Shown piece after piece: positions 1-11,320 of a stretch of 60,000 nt of DNA. A program made the translations under genes and the position numbers. The stretch's first letter is position 1. Every line of letters begins with the position of its first letter. The notes under the pieces are model-generated. The model had not been told where the DNA came from, ran no database searches, and worked only from the letters and a program-made list of their open reading frames with translations. This DNA comes from Malacoraja senta (lineage: Eukaryota): positions 11,782,001 to 11,842,000 of the forward strand of contig CM075991.1 of assembly GCA_038087875.1 (NCBI GenBank), in the 5' to 3' direction.

Positions 1-725
1 TATTTATAGAATGCCTTGTAGTCAATGATAGATATTTATTTGTTGTCATTTGAACCTAAGTTCAAACGAAATTCTGTTTCTGCAGTCATACAAACAAATA
101 AAAGAACCAAGACACAACACAATTTACACAAACATCGATCACAGTGAATCTCCTCCTCACTGTGATGGAAGGCAAAGTCTTATCTCTCCCCTGCACTCCA
201 CATTCTCCTCCCGATGTCAAAGTCAAAGCCCCCGGCGGGCGATTGCAGACATGTCCCGCGGCCATTAAAGCCGCGCCGGGCGATGCAAGGCCACGCTCCG
301 GGTCTTGATGTTGTAGCCCCCGGTAGCGCCAGCAAGTCCCACAGCCACCAATGCCGCGCCGGGCGATGCCAGACCCCGCTCCAGGTCATCCCCAACCCCG
401 CAACTCGGGCGGGAGTAGCTGCCGTTGCGGGAGCCCCGAAAAGCGGTCTCCCACCATGGACCCACGAGCTCCCGATGTCACCGTCCACCAGACCTGCGGC
501 TGGAGCCTCCGAATCTCCGGGGTCGGGTAGCAGCAGCTCCTCCTGCTCCGAACTCGGCCAGCTCCGCGATGGCGAGTAGTCCGCAGGCTCCGCGACTGGA
601 GCCCCAGGTCGTTCCGGTTGGAGGCCGCTCCACGGTGCTAGGCCCCAACGACAACGGAGACCCGACAGAGAAAGGTCGGGTCTCCCGTGCAGGGAAAAGA
701 TTTTAAAAGTTTCCCCACCCCCACC
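1..725 (-). mobile_element. GC-rich non-autonomous retroposon-like repeat; related copies at ~37945-38250 and ~46645-47095
   Basis: Shares the block aacatc..cacagtga..cactgtgatggaag and a minus-strand AATAAA tail region with two other loci in the window. The GC-rich ORFs here show no recognisable protein motif. Confidence 0.55.
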
Positions 726-810
726 CAATGCCTACTATGTTCTGTGTGCTGAAGCAAAGCAAGACTTTCATTGTCCTATCAGGGACTCATGACAATAAAC
801 TCACTTGAAC

Positions 811-1851
811 TAGGTATGTTACAATACTTGCCTTCAGCGGCGCTGTAATTCTGTCACTGGCCGTGTGTGCGATTTTGGCGCCTTTAAGGGGGGGCGGGGT
901 TAAAGCGCGGGTTTCTCCTCCCTTGTCCTGAATTATACTTTGTTGGAGTACCAGCTTCTCTGGAAGAAGCGTTCCGAGTGCCGTTTTGCGTAGTTTGTTT
1001 TAAAAATCTCCCAACAAGTTCAGCGTTGGAATCATTTTTAAATCATCTTCTGAAGCGTCAACGCCAACAACGGGGACGGATTTCACACAAGGGAAAGGTA
1101 AACGAAAGTGCTTTATGTTAATGTATAAACGTTCTCCTTAAGTGACCTTTAATTCACATTTTTACATGCGACACGGTGATTTTATTCCCCGAATTAACGG
1201 CAGTATTTTTCATGCCAATACGGGGTTAAATTCACCGCAAATGAACGTTCCAAAAGATCGCGTTCCAGAAATCCTCACTCGCAAGATGAATTAAATCCCC
1301 ATTAATTTACAGGTATTAAACATTCAATTCCTTCCATTTGGCCTGTAAATTCATGAAAATTAGATTTAAAAATTATGTTATATTGTGAATTATTGTGTGA
1401 ATGTTATTTGGACACTTAGGCTATTTAAAAATGTTAATCTATTCTTAAGAAATTGATAGATGTTTAGATCTAGTAATTGAATTTTGTAATTAGCTACAAT
1501 TAGGTAACTAACTAATTATATGCTTTGCTTTCATGTCTTCGAAGTAAGATTGTTTCATATTTGTTTCAGAATGTTTCAATCTATAATAACTGAAAATTTC
1601 TTTCGGTTATCATAATTTTTAAGAAAGTTATGGGCTTTTAACTGTCCTCGATCACAGCTTTTGTGTTAAGTCAATGGAAAAGCAATAGGGAACTAGATGC
1701 TAATTTCTGAGTATGATAATGGCCATAGCTTTTTTAATACTGACGATATGAAAGTGAATTAGGTGTCAAATTAAACTTCTTTTTATGCTTTATCTGATGG
1801 GATAAATTGCAGACTTTATTTTTAAAATCTCAAACATTTGTAACATTGCTA
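811..1851. mobile_element. Non-autonomous DNA transposon (MITE-like, 1041 bp) with imperfect 14-bp TIRs
   Basis: Begins TAGGTATGTTACAA and ends TTGTAACATTGCTA (reverse complement TAGCAATGTTACAA). AT-rich interior with no ORF. Flanked by a perfect 35-bp direct repeat at 776-810 and 1852-1886. Confidence 0.7.
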
Positions 1852-2016
1852 CTATCAGGGACTCATGACAATAAACTCACTTGAACTTGAGATTATTATA
1901 TCAATCAATGCCCCCTTGTATTTGCCGCCATAAATAAACCTCACACATTGATCTCTATCCACCCTTGTGCCCCCCCTGCTCTTCCCCCCGCAGGTCTCTC
2001 CTTCTCCGGCGCCGCC

Positions 2017-2136
2017 ATGACGAGTGAGCGGCCGAGGCCGAGCCCCGACGGGTGGGCGGAGGCGGAGGCGGAGGCGGGCAGTGCGGCGAGCGGCGGCGGC
2101 GGCGGCGGCGGCGGCGGAGGACCATGGAGCCGGTGA
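2017..2136 (+). CDS. 39-aa upstream ORF with (GGC)8(GGA)2 poly-Gly, overlapping the main ATG out of frame; alternatively the true N-terminus of the 2124 ORF separated by a 1-nt error
   Basis: gccgccATG Kozak context 23 nt after a polypyrimidine/CAG acceptor (1991-1993). Encodes [39 protein letters not shown]. Confidence 0.4.
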   Translation: MTSERPRPSPDGWAEAEAEAGSAASGGGGGGGGGGPWSR

Positions 2137-3377
2137 GCAGCGGCGAGGGCTGCTCGCGGGGGCTGGAGGCGCGGCGGGGCGGCCTCCGCAAGCACCGGCG
2201 AGGGACGGAGGGGGACGCGGACGAGGACATGGACTCACCCGGCGCCCACAACCGGTCGTGGTGGAAGGAGCTGGTGGAGCCGCCGGCCGCCTGCAGCAAT
2301 GGCCGCCGTCGCCAAGGCAACCGGGCGGAAGTGGAGACGGAGAGCGATCCGGATGTGGAGGCGCTGCCGGCGGCGTGTGCGTCGATGGCCGGGGTCCCCC
2401 GCGACTGCAAGAAGAGCCGCGGCAAGAGGAAGAACTTGGATGATTGCGACGACGAGGAGGAGGCGGAGGAGGAGGAGGAGATGGAGGAGAGGAGGAGGAG
2501 ATGCAACAACAACAACAACCGCAAGAAGCTGGTGAGGGACCGGGGGCTGCCGCTCAAGCGCACGCAAGGCGACACCCGCATGGGGCGGCTACTGGCGGCG
2601 GCTAGGCCCAGGCCTCCGTGTCCGTGTCCAGGCCTCCGGCCTCCGGACGGGCTGCCCCTCCCCCCCGGGCGCAGGGCCTCGGCCCCGCAGCCTCCTCCAC
2701 ATCCACCTCCGCCGCCGCTCACCTCGGCCAAGGTGCGGCTGAAGATGTGGGGCCGGGGCCGCGGGCGAGTGCGGGGATCTGGGCCTTGGGAGCGGGGCAA
2801 GAGCCGCCCGCCGGGCGCCGTCTGCCGGTCGGACGCCCAGACTCAGACCGACGAGGGGACCCCCAGCTGCTCCGACCCGTCCACCTCCGAGTCGAGCGCC
2901 GACCAGGGGGGGCCCCAGCCCTGCTCCCTCCGCATCCACACGCCGCCGGCCGCCGGGATGGGGATGGGGATGGGGAGGGTGGTGGAGCAGGAGGGGGGGG
3001 AGGAGGAGGAGGAGGAGAGCAGCAGCTCCGACTCCTGCACCAGCAGCAAGGACAGCTCGCAGCGGCTGGTGACTCCGGCCGGTTACCCCCGCCAATCCTT
3101 CCGGGCCTCAGCCGCCCGCCTGCCGTCCTTGTGCGACCCCCCGCCGCTGCCGACTCAGCCGGGCGGCATCTCCGGCCTGTGCCCCGGCGGCAGGGCGGGG
3201 ATCGCGGCCGGGGCCGGGGCCAGGGGCAGGGGCGGGCAACGACGGCGGAGAATGGCCTCGCCGGCCGACAACAGGTCGATGTGCTACACGGACAGATCGC
3301 GCCGGAGGAGAATGAACCGGGAGACGAACTGCCCGCCTCAGGACTTCCAGGAAAACTGGAGCTGTCTGATATTCTGA
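2124..3377 (+). CDS. Unidentified 417-aa low-complexity protein with C-terminal CaaX box (CLIF)
   Basis: Uninterrupted 1.25-kb ORF in a CpG island, with accATGG Kozak context and GC3-rich codons. Contains acidic runs, a Pro-rich segment, RG repeats and DAQTQTD, and ends ...QENWSCLIF*. AATAAA at 3430-3435. Family not recognised. Confidence 0.65.
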   Translation: MEPVSSGEGCSRGLEARRGGLRKHRRGTEGDADEDMDSPGAHNRSWWKELVEPPAACSNGRRRQGNRAEVETESDPDVEALPAACASMAGVPRDCKKSRGKRKNLDDCDDEEEAEEEEEMEERRRRCNNNNNRKKLVRDRGLPLKRTQGDTRMGRLLAAARPRPPCPCPGLRPPDGLPLPPGRRASAPQPPPHPPPPPLTSAKVRLKMWGRGRGRVRGSGPWERGKSRPPGAVCRSDAQTQTDEGTPSCSDPSTSESSADQGGPQPCSLRIHTPPAAGMGMGMGRVVEQEGGEEEEEESSSSDSCTSSKDSSQRLVTPAGYPRQSFRASAARLPSLCDPPPLPTQPGGISGLCPGGRAGIAAGAGARGRGGQRRRRMASPADNRSMCYTDRSRRRRMNRETNCPPQDFQENWSCLIF

Positions 3378-3429
3378 CCTCACGCTGAAGCCGTGGGACA
3401 CAGAGGCTCTGTAAATAGGGGAGAACGTA

Positions 3430-3435
3430 AATAAA
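3430..3435 (+). terminator. Candidate polyadenylation signal for the CaaX ORF
   Basis: AATAAA about 50 nt after the TGA, followed by GT-rich sequence. Confidence 0.35.
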
Positions 3436-4731
3436 GTGGAGGTGGGGTTGATGGAGGACGTGGAGACAGCCTCGGGGGGTGGGAGCATCGCCCCGGCAAT
3501 CAGCTCAGCCTGGATGCGGAGTGGGTAGCGGGCTACCAGACACCCGGGTTTCCCCCTCAGCATTAAAACAATCGCAACATCAGGTTGATTGTCATTTATT
3601 AAATTGGAAATCAATTGATCCTTCACCACCGGTCTGACAGTCCCTCAGGACCACCTCTCCTCTCCCTCTGGGGTTGGGGCTCCAAGTTGTCTTGACTGTT
3701 TTGGACAATGTTGGGTGGGTGATCTGCAGCCGACCCAAGAGGCTGCCTTCTGGCTGGTGAGCAAAGCCGAGACCTGGAGTGGCCCTGATCCCCAAATGAC
3801 TTCTTCACGGACCCCAATCCTCCAGCACCTGGCACATGGGTGCCTGATCACAGAGAGCTGGAACACTTGAGTGACTGAGGCCTGGGGGTGCTGTAGAGAG
3901 CCCACAAGCTCTTGATCCCACACTGGTTGAGTGCAGACAATCGTCAAAAGCTCAGGGGGATGTACCACCTTTCCTGCAGATTAGTTGACTTCAATTGACG
4001 GCAAAGATAGAACAACTCCGTGAGTGTGTACGTGTGTGTGTATGTATGTGTGTGTTTACATATGTATGTGTGCAGCATATGGGTGTGAGTATATGTTCAA
4101 ATGCTATGTTTGTATATGTTTGGCAGTATGTATGTTTCTGTATGTGCACACACGCACATGTGTGCACTTTACCACATAAAGTCACTGCTTGGTCTGCCCT
4201 GCTGCAGTACTTTCAGAAAGCTCTGATCAGTAGCAGTCCCCTCTTTATGTGTTCAATTCCCCATTGATCATTCACTATTTGAAGTAGCTTGTTTCAAATC
4301 AAGACAAGAATGAAGGGAAAAAACCTTCTCACCTCTCCTTTGTTTCATTTGTTTATTATATAAATTCTGCATCTACTGATTAATATTACTTGAAACATCT
4401 TTTTTGTGTCTAACTATATCTGATTTTGTACTAATCACTTTTAAAATCTCCCATCAATCGGCTCTGGTCTAACTCATCTTCAGTATCTTCATTGAATTCC
4501 CTCATTCTATTGCTTGTTAGTAAATCTCAGATCTCTACCTAACATCCTGCCTAAAGTGGCTAGATTTGAACACAGGTTTTAGAAAGGTTCAGCTTCAGTT
4601 CCTTGTTGGATTTTTTGTTTTGATTTATGAAGCCTGGAATTCTTTATTTTTAACAGCTTTCTCAGTATTGTCAGTTTAGGAATATACATGCCCCAGATTT
4701 TGGTGTGCCCTTTTCACTTGGTATCGTCTTG

Positions 4732-5256
4732 ATGTGTGTGTGTGTGTATATGTACAAGTGAGCGTATATGTGTGCAGGTGTGTGCGTATGTGTGTGTGCG
4801 CGTGTATATGTAAGTGTGTGTGCAGGTGTATATGCAGGTGTGTGCGTATGTGTATGTATGTAAGTGTGCATGTGTATATGCAGGTGTGTGCGTATGTGTG
4901 TATAAATGTGTGCATGTATATATGTAAGTGCATGTGTATATGCAGGTGTGTGCAAATGTGTGTGTATGTAAGTGTGTGTGCATGTGTATATGCAGGTGTG
5001 TGCATATTTGTGTGTATGTAAGTTTGTGCATGTGTATATGCAGGTGTGTGCGTATATGTAAGTGTGTGTATATGCGGGTGTGTGCATGTGTATATGTAAG
5101 TGCGTGTATATATGTAAGTGTGTACATGTGTATATGCAATTATGTGCGTGTGTATATGTAAGTGTGTAAATGTGTATATGCAGCTGTGTGCGTGTGTATA
5201 TGTAAGTGTACATGTGTACATGCAGTTATGTGCGTGTGTGTATATGTGTGTGTGTG
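4732..5256. repeat. Degenerate (TG/TA)n microsatellite
   Basis: Continuous tgtgta/tgtgca-type repeats; explains the His/Thr- and Cys/Val-rich ORFs. Confidence 0.9.
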
Positions 5257-5564
5257 CTTGGTTGTTGATGGAAGAAAGTGTATTCCATTCCTGGTGGGTG
5301 CACGAGCTGCTTCACCGCAGTTGGTGTAAAGAGTCAGAGAGAGAAGGCAGAGGAGCAGATGCTGTTAGATTGAGGTAAAACTCCTCCATCGGATCCCACC
5401 TGTAATCCACTGTCTTTTTTTTTACCCCGTCACATACAATCTCACTAATAAAATATAAATGGGAATTTTGAAACCGAAGTTTACAAAAGTGATTGACCAC
5501 TTCACTCTGAGGCGGAAGAGCCACAGAAGCAGCAGTTGCGATTCGGTGGGAGTTCGTGTGTCTT

Positions 5565-6325
5565 TGGTGGCAAGAACAGGAAGGCAGATAATTATCCGAA
5601 TGGTGTCAGATTAGGAAAGGTGGAAGGTGCAACTGCAGTCACTGAAAGTAAGCATGCAGGTACAGCGGGCAGTGAAGAAAGCTAATGGCATGTTGGCCTT
5701 CATTGCCAGAGGATTTGAGTTTAGGAGCAAGGAGGTCCTACTGCAGTGAGGGCCCTGGTGAGACCGCACCTGGAGTATTTGCGCAGTTTTGGTCTCCTAA
5801 TTTGAGGAAGGACATTCTTGCTATTGAGGGAGTGCAGCAAAGGTTCACCACGTTAATTCCCGGGATGGTGGGACTGACATATGATGAAAGAATGGGTCGA
5901 CTGGGCTTGTATTCACTGGAATTTAGAAGGATGAAAGGGTATCTTATAGAAACACAGAAATTTCTTAAAGGATAGGACAGGCTAGATGCAGGAAAAAAAT
6001 TCCAGATGTTGGGGGAGTCCAGAACCAGGGGTCACAGTTTAAGAATAAGGGGTAGGCCTTTTAGGATTGAAATGAGGACAAACTTTTTGCTTAGAGAGTT
6101 GTGAATCTGTGGAATTCTCTGCCACAGGTGGCAGTGGAGGCCAATTTACTGAATGTTTTCAAGGGAGAGTTAGATTTAGCCCTTTGGACTAAAAGAATCA
6201 AGGGATATGGGGGGAAAAAGCAGGAACGGGGTACTGATTTTGGATGATCAGCCATGATCATATTGAATGGCGGCGCTGGCTCGAAGGGCCGAACGGCCTA
6301 CTCCTGAACCTATGTTTCTATGTCT
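5565..6325 (+). mobile_element. CR1/HER1 LINE 3' fragment
   Basis: ORF2 C-terminal peptide QFWSPNLRKDILAIEGVQQRFT..LGLYSLEFRRMKG, plus the conserved 3' tail gatcagccatgatcatattgaatggcgg. Confidence 0.9.
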
Positions 6326-6626
6326 AACCCTGACTTGTGTCCGCCCGATTGGTTCAGAAACCTGCTGCGATGTGTGGTCCCACGGACACGAGCTGCTAAC
6401 AGCCCACTCGGGCACTGAGGTAGACAGGACTGCCATGATTTGGTTGAGTAGCGTAACATGTACCTAGGTAAAAGAAAACAGTGCAAAATGTAGTGCTGGA
6501 GCTACAGACAGTGCACATTCAAAAAAAAAAGTGCAAGGGCCGCACGCAGGTAGATTGGAAGATCAAGAGGTTATCCTTTGCATATGAGAGGCCCATTCAA
6601 GAGTGGTAATAGAAAGATGCGGTTAC

Positions 6627-6912
6627 TGGTGGTGCAGCGGTAGAGTTGCTGCCTCACAGCACCAGAGACCCGGGTTCGATCCTGACGACTGATGCTGCCT
6701 GTATGGAGTTTGCATGTTCTCCCTGTGACTGCGTGGGTTTCCTCCGGGTGCTCTGGTTTCCTCCCACACCTCAAAGCTATGTGGGTTTATAGGTTAATTT
6801 GTTACTGTAAATTGTTCCTAGCGTGTAGGATAGAGCTAGTGTACTTGGGGGATTGATGTTCGGCATGGACACGGTGGACCTGTTGCCATGCTGTATATCT
6901 AAACTAATCTAA
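6627..6912 (+). mobile_element. HE1-type tRNA-derived V-SINE
   Basis: Box A tggtgcagcgg, box B ggttcgatcc, V-domain ggagtttgcatgttctccctgtgactgcgtggg, and ctaaa-type tail. Confidence 0.85.
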
Positions 6913-7084
6913 ATGTTTAAAATGGGGTACAAATGTTCAGGCGTTTGTATCTTCTACTTGACAGGAGAGGGGAGAAGGAATGCCCGGGATGCAAGTGGTT
7001 CTTTATTGCCTTGACTGCTTTCCTGAGGCAGCATGAAGTTTAGATGGAGTCAGTGGTGGTGAGGCTGGTCTGTGTGCTGGACTC

Positions 7085-7490
7085 ATAAGAGCAGAATTAG
7101 GCCATTCAGCCCATCGAGTCCACTCCACCATTCAATCATGGCTGACCTATCTTTCCCTCTCAACCCCATCCTCCTGCCCTCTCCCCACCACCATTGACGC
7201 CCGTACTAATCAAGAATCTGTCATCTGCTTTAAAAAATACCCAATGGCTTGGCTTCCACCGCCTTCTTGGCAATGAATTCCACAGATCCACCACCCTCTG
7301 AATAAAGAAATTCCTCCTCATCTCCTTTCCAATGGTGCGTCCTTTTTTTCTGAGGCTGTGCTCTCTGGTCCTAGACTCTCCCACTCGTGGATGCAGCCTC
7401 TCCACATCCACTCTATCCAGGCCTATCATTATTTACTAAGTTTCAATGAGGTCCCCCCTCATCCATCTAAACTCCAGTGAGTGCCGTCAA
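7085..7490 (-). mobile_element. CR1 LINE 3' fragment
   Basis: Translates to GLDRVDVERL.PRVGESRTREHSL..EMRRNFFIQRVVDLWNSLP. Confidence 0.85.
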
Positions 7491-10400
7491 ACGCTCCTCA
7501 TACATGGATTGGGCTACATCCACATCTCTGCCGTCCCTTGCGGGCGTGGGCAGAGGTGTGACAAACCAGGCTGTGATGCCACCCTCGGGTGCACCTGGCA
7601 TCGTGTCTGCTGTGGACCTGCTGTGACAGTCGGCAAACTGCAGTGGGCCCAGGCTGTCCGAGAGGCTGGAGTTAACATCAACCACAACCAGCCTCCTGTG
7701 GAACTTCTTGCTGGTGTATCTGTAGCCAGGCAGCGATCATTAAGGCCCACTGCCTGCCTTGGAAGGTGGCACAGTGGCGCAGCGGGTAGAGCTGCTGCCT
7801 CAGCGCCAGTGACCCGGGTTCCATCCTGACCTCTGGTCTTGTTTATTGTCACGTGTACATGGCTACTATGTTTTTTGTCCAGTCAACTAAAATACTGTAA
7901 CTGATTACAAGCCGTCCACAGTGTACCGATGCAGGATACATAAATGGTAAGTGCATTTAGTGCAAGATAATATCAGATTAAAGATAGTCCAAAGGTCTTC
8001 AATGAAGTACATGGGAGGTCAGGGCTGATCTCTAGTTGATGGTTCAGTTGCCTGATAACTGCTGGGAAGAAACTCGCTGAATCTGGAGGTGTGCGTTTTC
8101 ACACTTCTGTACCCCTTGTCTGATGGGAGACGGGAGAAGAGGGTGAGACAATAATAGACAATAGGTGCAGGAGTAGGCCATTTGGCCCTTTGAGCCAGCA
8201 CCGCCATTCAATGTGATCATGGCTGATCATCCCCAATCAGTACCCCGTTCCTGCCTTCTCCCCATGGTCCTTGATCATGCTCCTGGCCTTGCTGAGACAG
8301 CGTGAAGTGTAGATGGGAGGAAAAGCTGGGAGAGAAGTGTGGCAGGTAACATTTTGGGCAGCAGATTGGCACAGCTTTCTCTTCTTCCCCCCCACACACA
8401 CACAATCATTTATGGAGGGTCCCGACCTTAAAACATCTCATATCCATGTTCTCCAGATATGCTGCCTGACCCGCTGAGTTACTCCAGCACTCTGTGTCTT
8501 TTTGGGGGAATCTTACCAGCAGATTCAGGAGTCACCAGAGGGTGGTGGCAGTGTCCATTCATGCCTGACACCAAGGAAGGTTTGATCGCGTTCAGCACAA
8601 TAGTCAAGAGTGTTTTATTGTCATATGGCCCAAAACGGAACAATGGAATTCTTGCTTGCAGCAGCGCAACAGACAAGCGGACAGAGTAGGCTGTGGACAT
8701 CATAATAGACAACAAAAAGTTCAGGGGTTACGGGGGGAGGGCCGGAGAATGGGGTTAGGAGGGAGAGATACATCAGGCATGATTGAATGGCGGAGTAGAC
8801 TTGATGGGCTGATTGGCCTAATTCTGCTCCTATCTCGTATGGTCAACCAAATCAATACAGTGCAGAAACAACTATTAGCGTCTCGACCCGAAACGTCGCC
8901 TATTCCTTCGGTCCATAGATGCTGGCTCACCCACTGAGTTTCTCCAGCACTTTTGTCTGCCTTCGATTTTTCCCGCATCTGCAGTTCTTTCTTAAACAGG
9001 CTTGTAGGTTAATTGGCTTGGTATAAAGGGGAGGCCATTTAAGACTGAGGCGAGAAAAAACTTTTTCACCCAGAGAGTTGTGAATTTGTGGAATTCCCTG
9101 CCACAGAGGGCAGTGGAGGCCAAGTCACTGGGTGGATTTAAGAGAGAGTTAGATAGAGCTCTAGGGGCTAGTGGTATCAAGGGATATGGGGAGATGGCAG
9201 GCACGGGCTATTGATTGGGGACGATCAGCCATGATCACAATGAATGGCGGTGCTGGCTCGAAGGACCGAATGGCCTCCTCCTGCACCTATTTCCTATGTT
9301 TCTATAAGTGTAAATTTCCCCAGCGTGTGTATGGTAGTGTTAGTGTGCGGGGATCGCTGGTCGGTGCGGGCCCGGTGGGCCGAAGGGCCTGTTTGGGACG
9401 CAGTATCTCTAAACTAAACTAAACTCGTTCATGGACCCCAGAGTCTGTTTGGGATGAATCACAAAGGAAGATTGAAGGCGCAACAGAAAGATGGGCCTGT
9501 CTTTTTGGGAGGTGCTGGTCTCATGCTCTGACTGCCTTTGTGCCCATCAGAGTAATGTGGGTCGGTGCCCAGATTGCTGCTGGTCCTCATTGACTCTTTT
9601 TGTCTTCCTTTGTATGAGACTTTAAACCACCGACAATCAGCCTATTGAACCGCTGAGTGGCAGTGGAAAGGCAGGAGGCTGGTTGGCCTTTGCTGCGGTA
9701 CTTTATCCCATGTCCCAGAGACTGCTCACTGCACGAAGTCTGGTGCCGGGAGCAGTGTGGTGGAACAAAGACAAAGGCGATCTCCATGCTGTACACATAC
9801 ACCAGTGAGTCATCAGATGTCGGGCATGTTTGTTCATTATATCAAGATGGATGTAAGACATCTTTTAGCAAGCGCTTGGCAGCACGCCGAGTTTCACAGT
9901 GAAAAGCTTCTGTTGCCAGCTATCCAGTCAGCAGAAAGACAATACACGATTACAATCGACCCATTTACAGTGAACGGATACATGATAAGGGAATAACGTT
10001 TAGTGCAAGGTGTAGCCAGCGACGTCTGATCAAGGACAGACAACAGGTGCAGGAGTAGGCGGCCGTTCGGCCCTTCGAGCCAGCACCGCCATTCAATGTG
10101 ATCATGGCTCACCATCCAAGTCAAGTCAAGTCAACTTTATTTGTCACATACACATACAAGATGTGCAGTGAAATGAAAATGGCAATGCCTGCGGATTGTG
10201 CAAAAACTACAGAACAGAATCAGTATTTACATAATAGAAAAAAACAATAATTAAAAAAAACCACAACACAACGGTAAATTAGTACCGCAAATTAGTCCCT
10301 GGTGAGTCAGTACCTCGTTCCTGCCTTATCTCCGCTATCCCTAAGAGCTCCATCTAACTCTCTCTTGAAAGCATCCAGAGAACCGCCCTCCACCGCCCTG

Positions 10401-10764
10401 AGGCAGAGAATTCCACACATTCACAACTCTTGTGTGAAAAAGTTTTTCTTTATCTCCGTTCTAAATGGCTTACCACTTATTCTTAAACTGTGGCCCCTGG
10501 TTCTGGACTCCCCCAACATGTTGGCCGGCGTGGGCAAGTTGGGCCTGTTTCCACTCTGTATCACTCGCTGACTTTTCAATCCTCTCCCACACCGCACCAG
10601 GCAGTTTGGTCGGTGCCAGATGTAGTGAGAGGAATGACTCGCAGAGTTAGCCAGAGGGAAGCCACAGGGCAGCTGTGAATGTGGAGCAGAAGTCTGCTCT
10701 CCTGCCAAGCAGTTCCATTGCATGACAATCCTGGAGGGCCCCAGCAACGTGGAGCACCGCCCAG

Positions 10765-11320
10765 ATAGAAACATAGAAAATAGGTGCAGGAGTAGGCCAT
10801 TCGGCCCTTCGAGCTTGCACCGCCATTCAATATGATCATGGCTGATCATCCAACTCAGTATCCTGTACCCGCCTTCTCTCCATACCCCCTGATCCCTTTA
10901 GCCACAAAGGCCACATCTAACTCCCTCTTAAATATAGCCAATGAACTGGCCTCAACTACTTTCTGTGGCAGAGAATTCCACAGATTCAACACTCTCTGTG
11001 AAATTTTTGTTCTCATCTCGGTCCTAAAAGACATCCCCCTTATCTTTAAACTGTGACCCCTTGTTCCGTGACTGCAGAACCGAACTAATCCAATCTGTCT
11101 CATTGCCTGTGGAATTCTCTGCCTCAGAGGGCGGTGGAGGCCGGTTCTCTGGATGCTTTCAAGAGAGAGCTAGATAGGGCTCATAGATAGCGGAGTCAGG
11201 GGATTTGGGGAGAAGGCAGGAACGGGGTACTGATTGGGGATGATCAGCCATGATCACATTGAATGGCGGTGCTGGCTCGAAGGGCCGAATGGCCTACTCC
11301 TGCACCTATTGTCTATTGCC
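10765..11320. mobile_element. Two CR1 3' fragments in opposite orientation
   Basis: Minus copy ~10765-11070 (TRGHSLKIRG..RVLNLWNSLPQKVVEASSL) and plus copy ~11105-11320. Confidence 0.8.

Noticed and set aside
50..728. Overlapping GC-rich ORFs of up to 182 aa
   Set aside because: They lie in a dispersed repeat, with no protein motif or splice support.
1855..3629. Antisense and alternate-frame ORFs over the CpG island
   Set aside because: Stop-poor shadows of a very GC-rich region; only the 2124 frame has Kozak context, full length and a terminal motif.
4671..5221. His/Thr/Tyr-rich and Cys/Val-rich ORFs (also ~12.0, 15.5-16.2, 18.1-19.1, 38.7-39.9 and 55.5-56.4 kb)
   Set aside because: Translations of dinucleotide-type microsatellites.
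6627..6690. tRNA-like sequences with box A/B
   Set aside because: Heads of V-SINEs continuing into the V-domain; no complete cloverleaf.
9719..9804. Exon-like segment (cccag ... gtgagt) on +
   Set aside because: No recognisable peptide or partner exons; splice-like motifs alone are insufficient.
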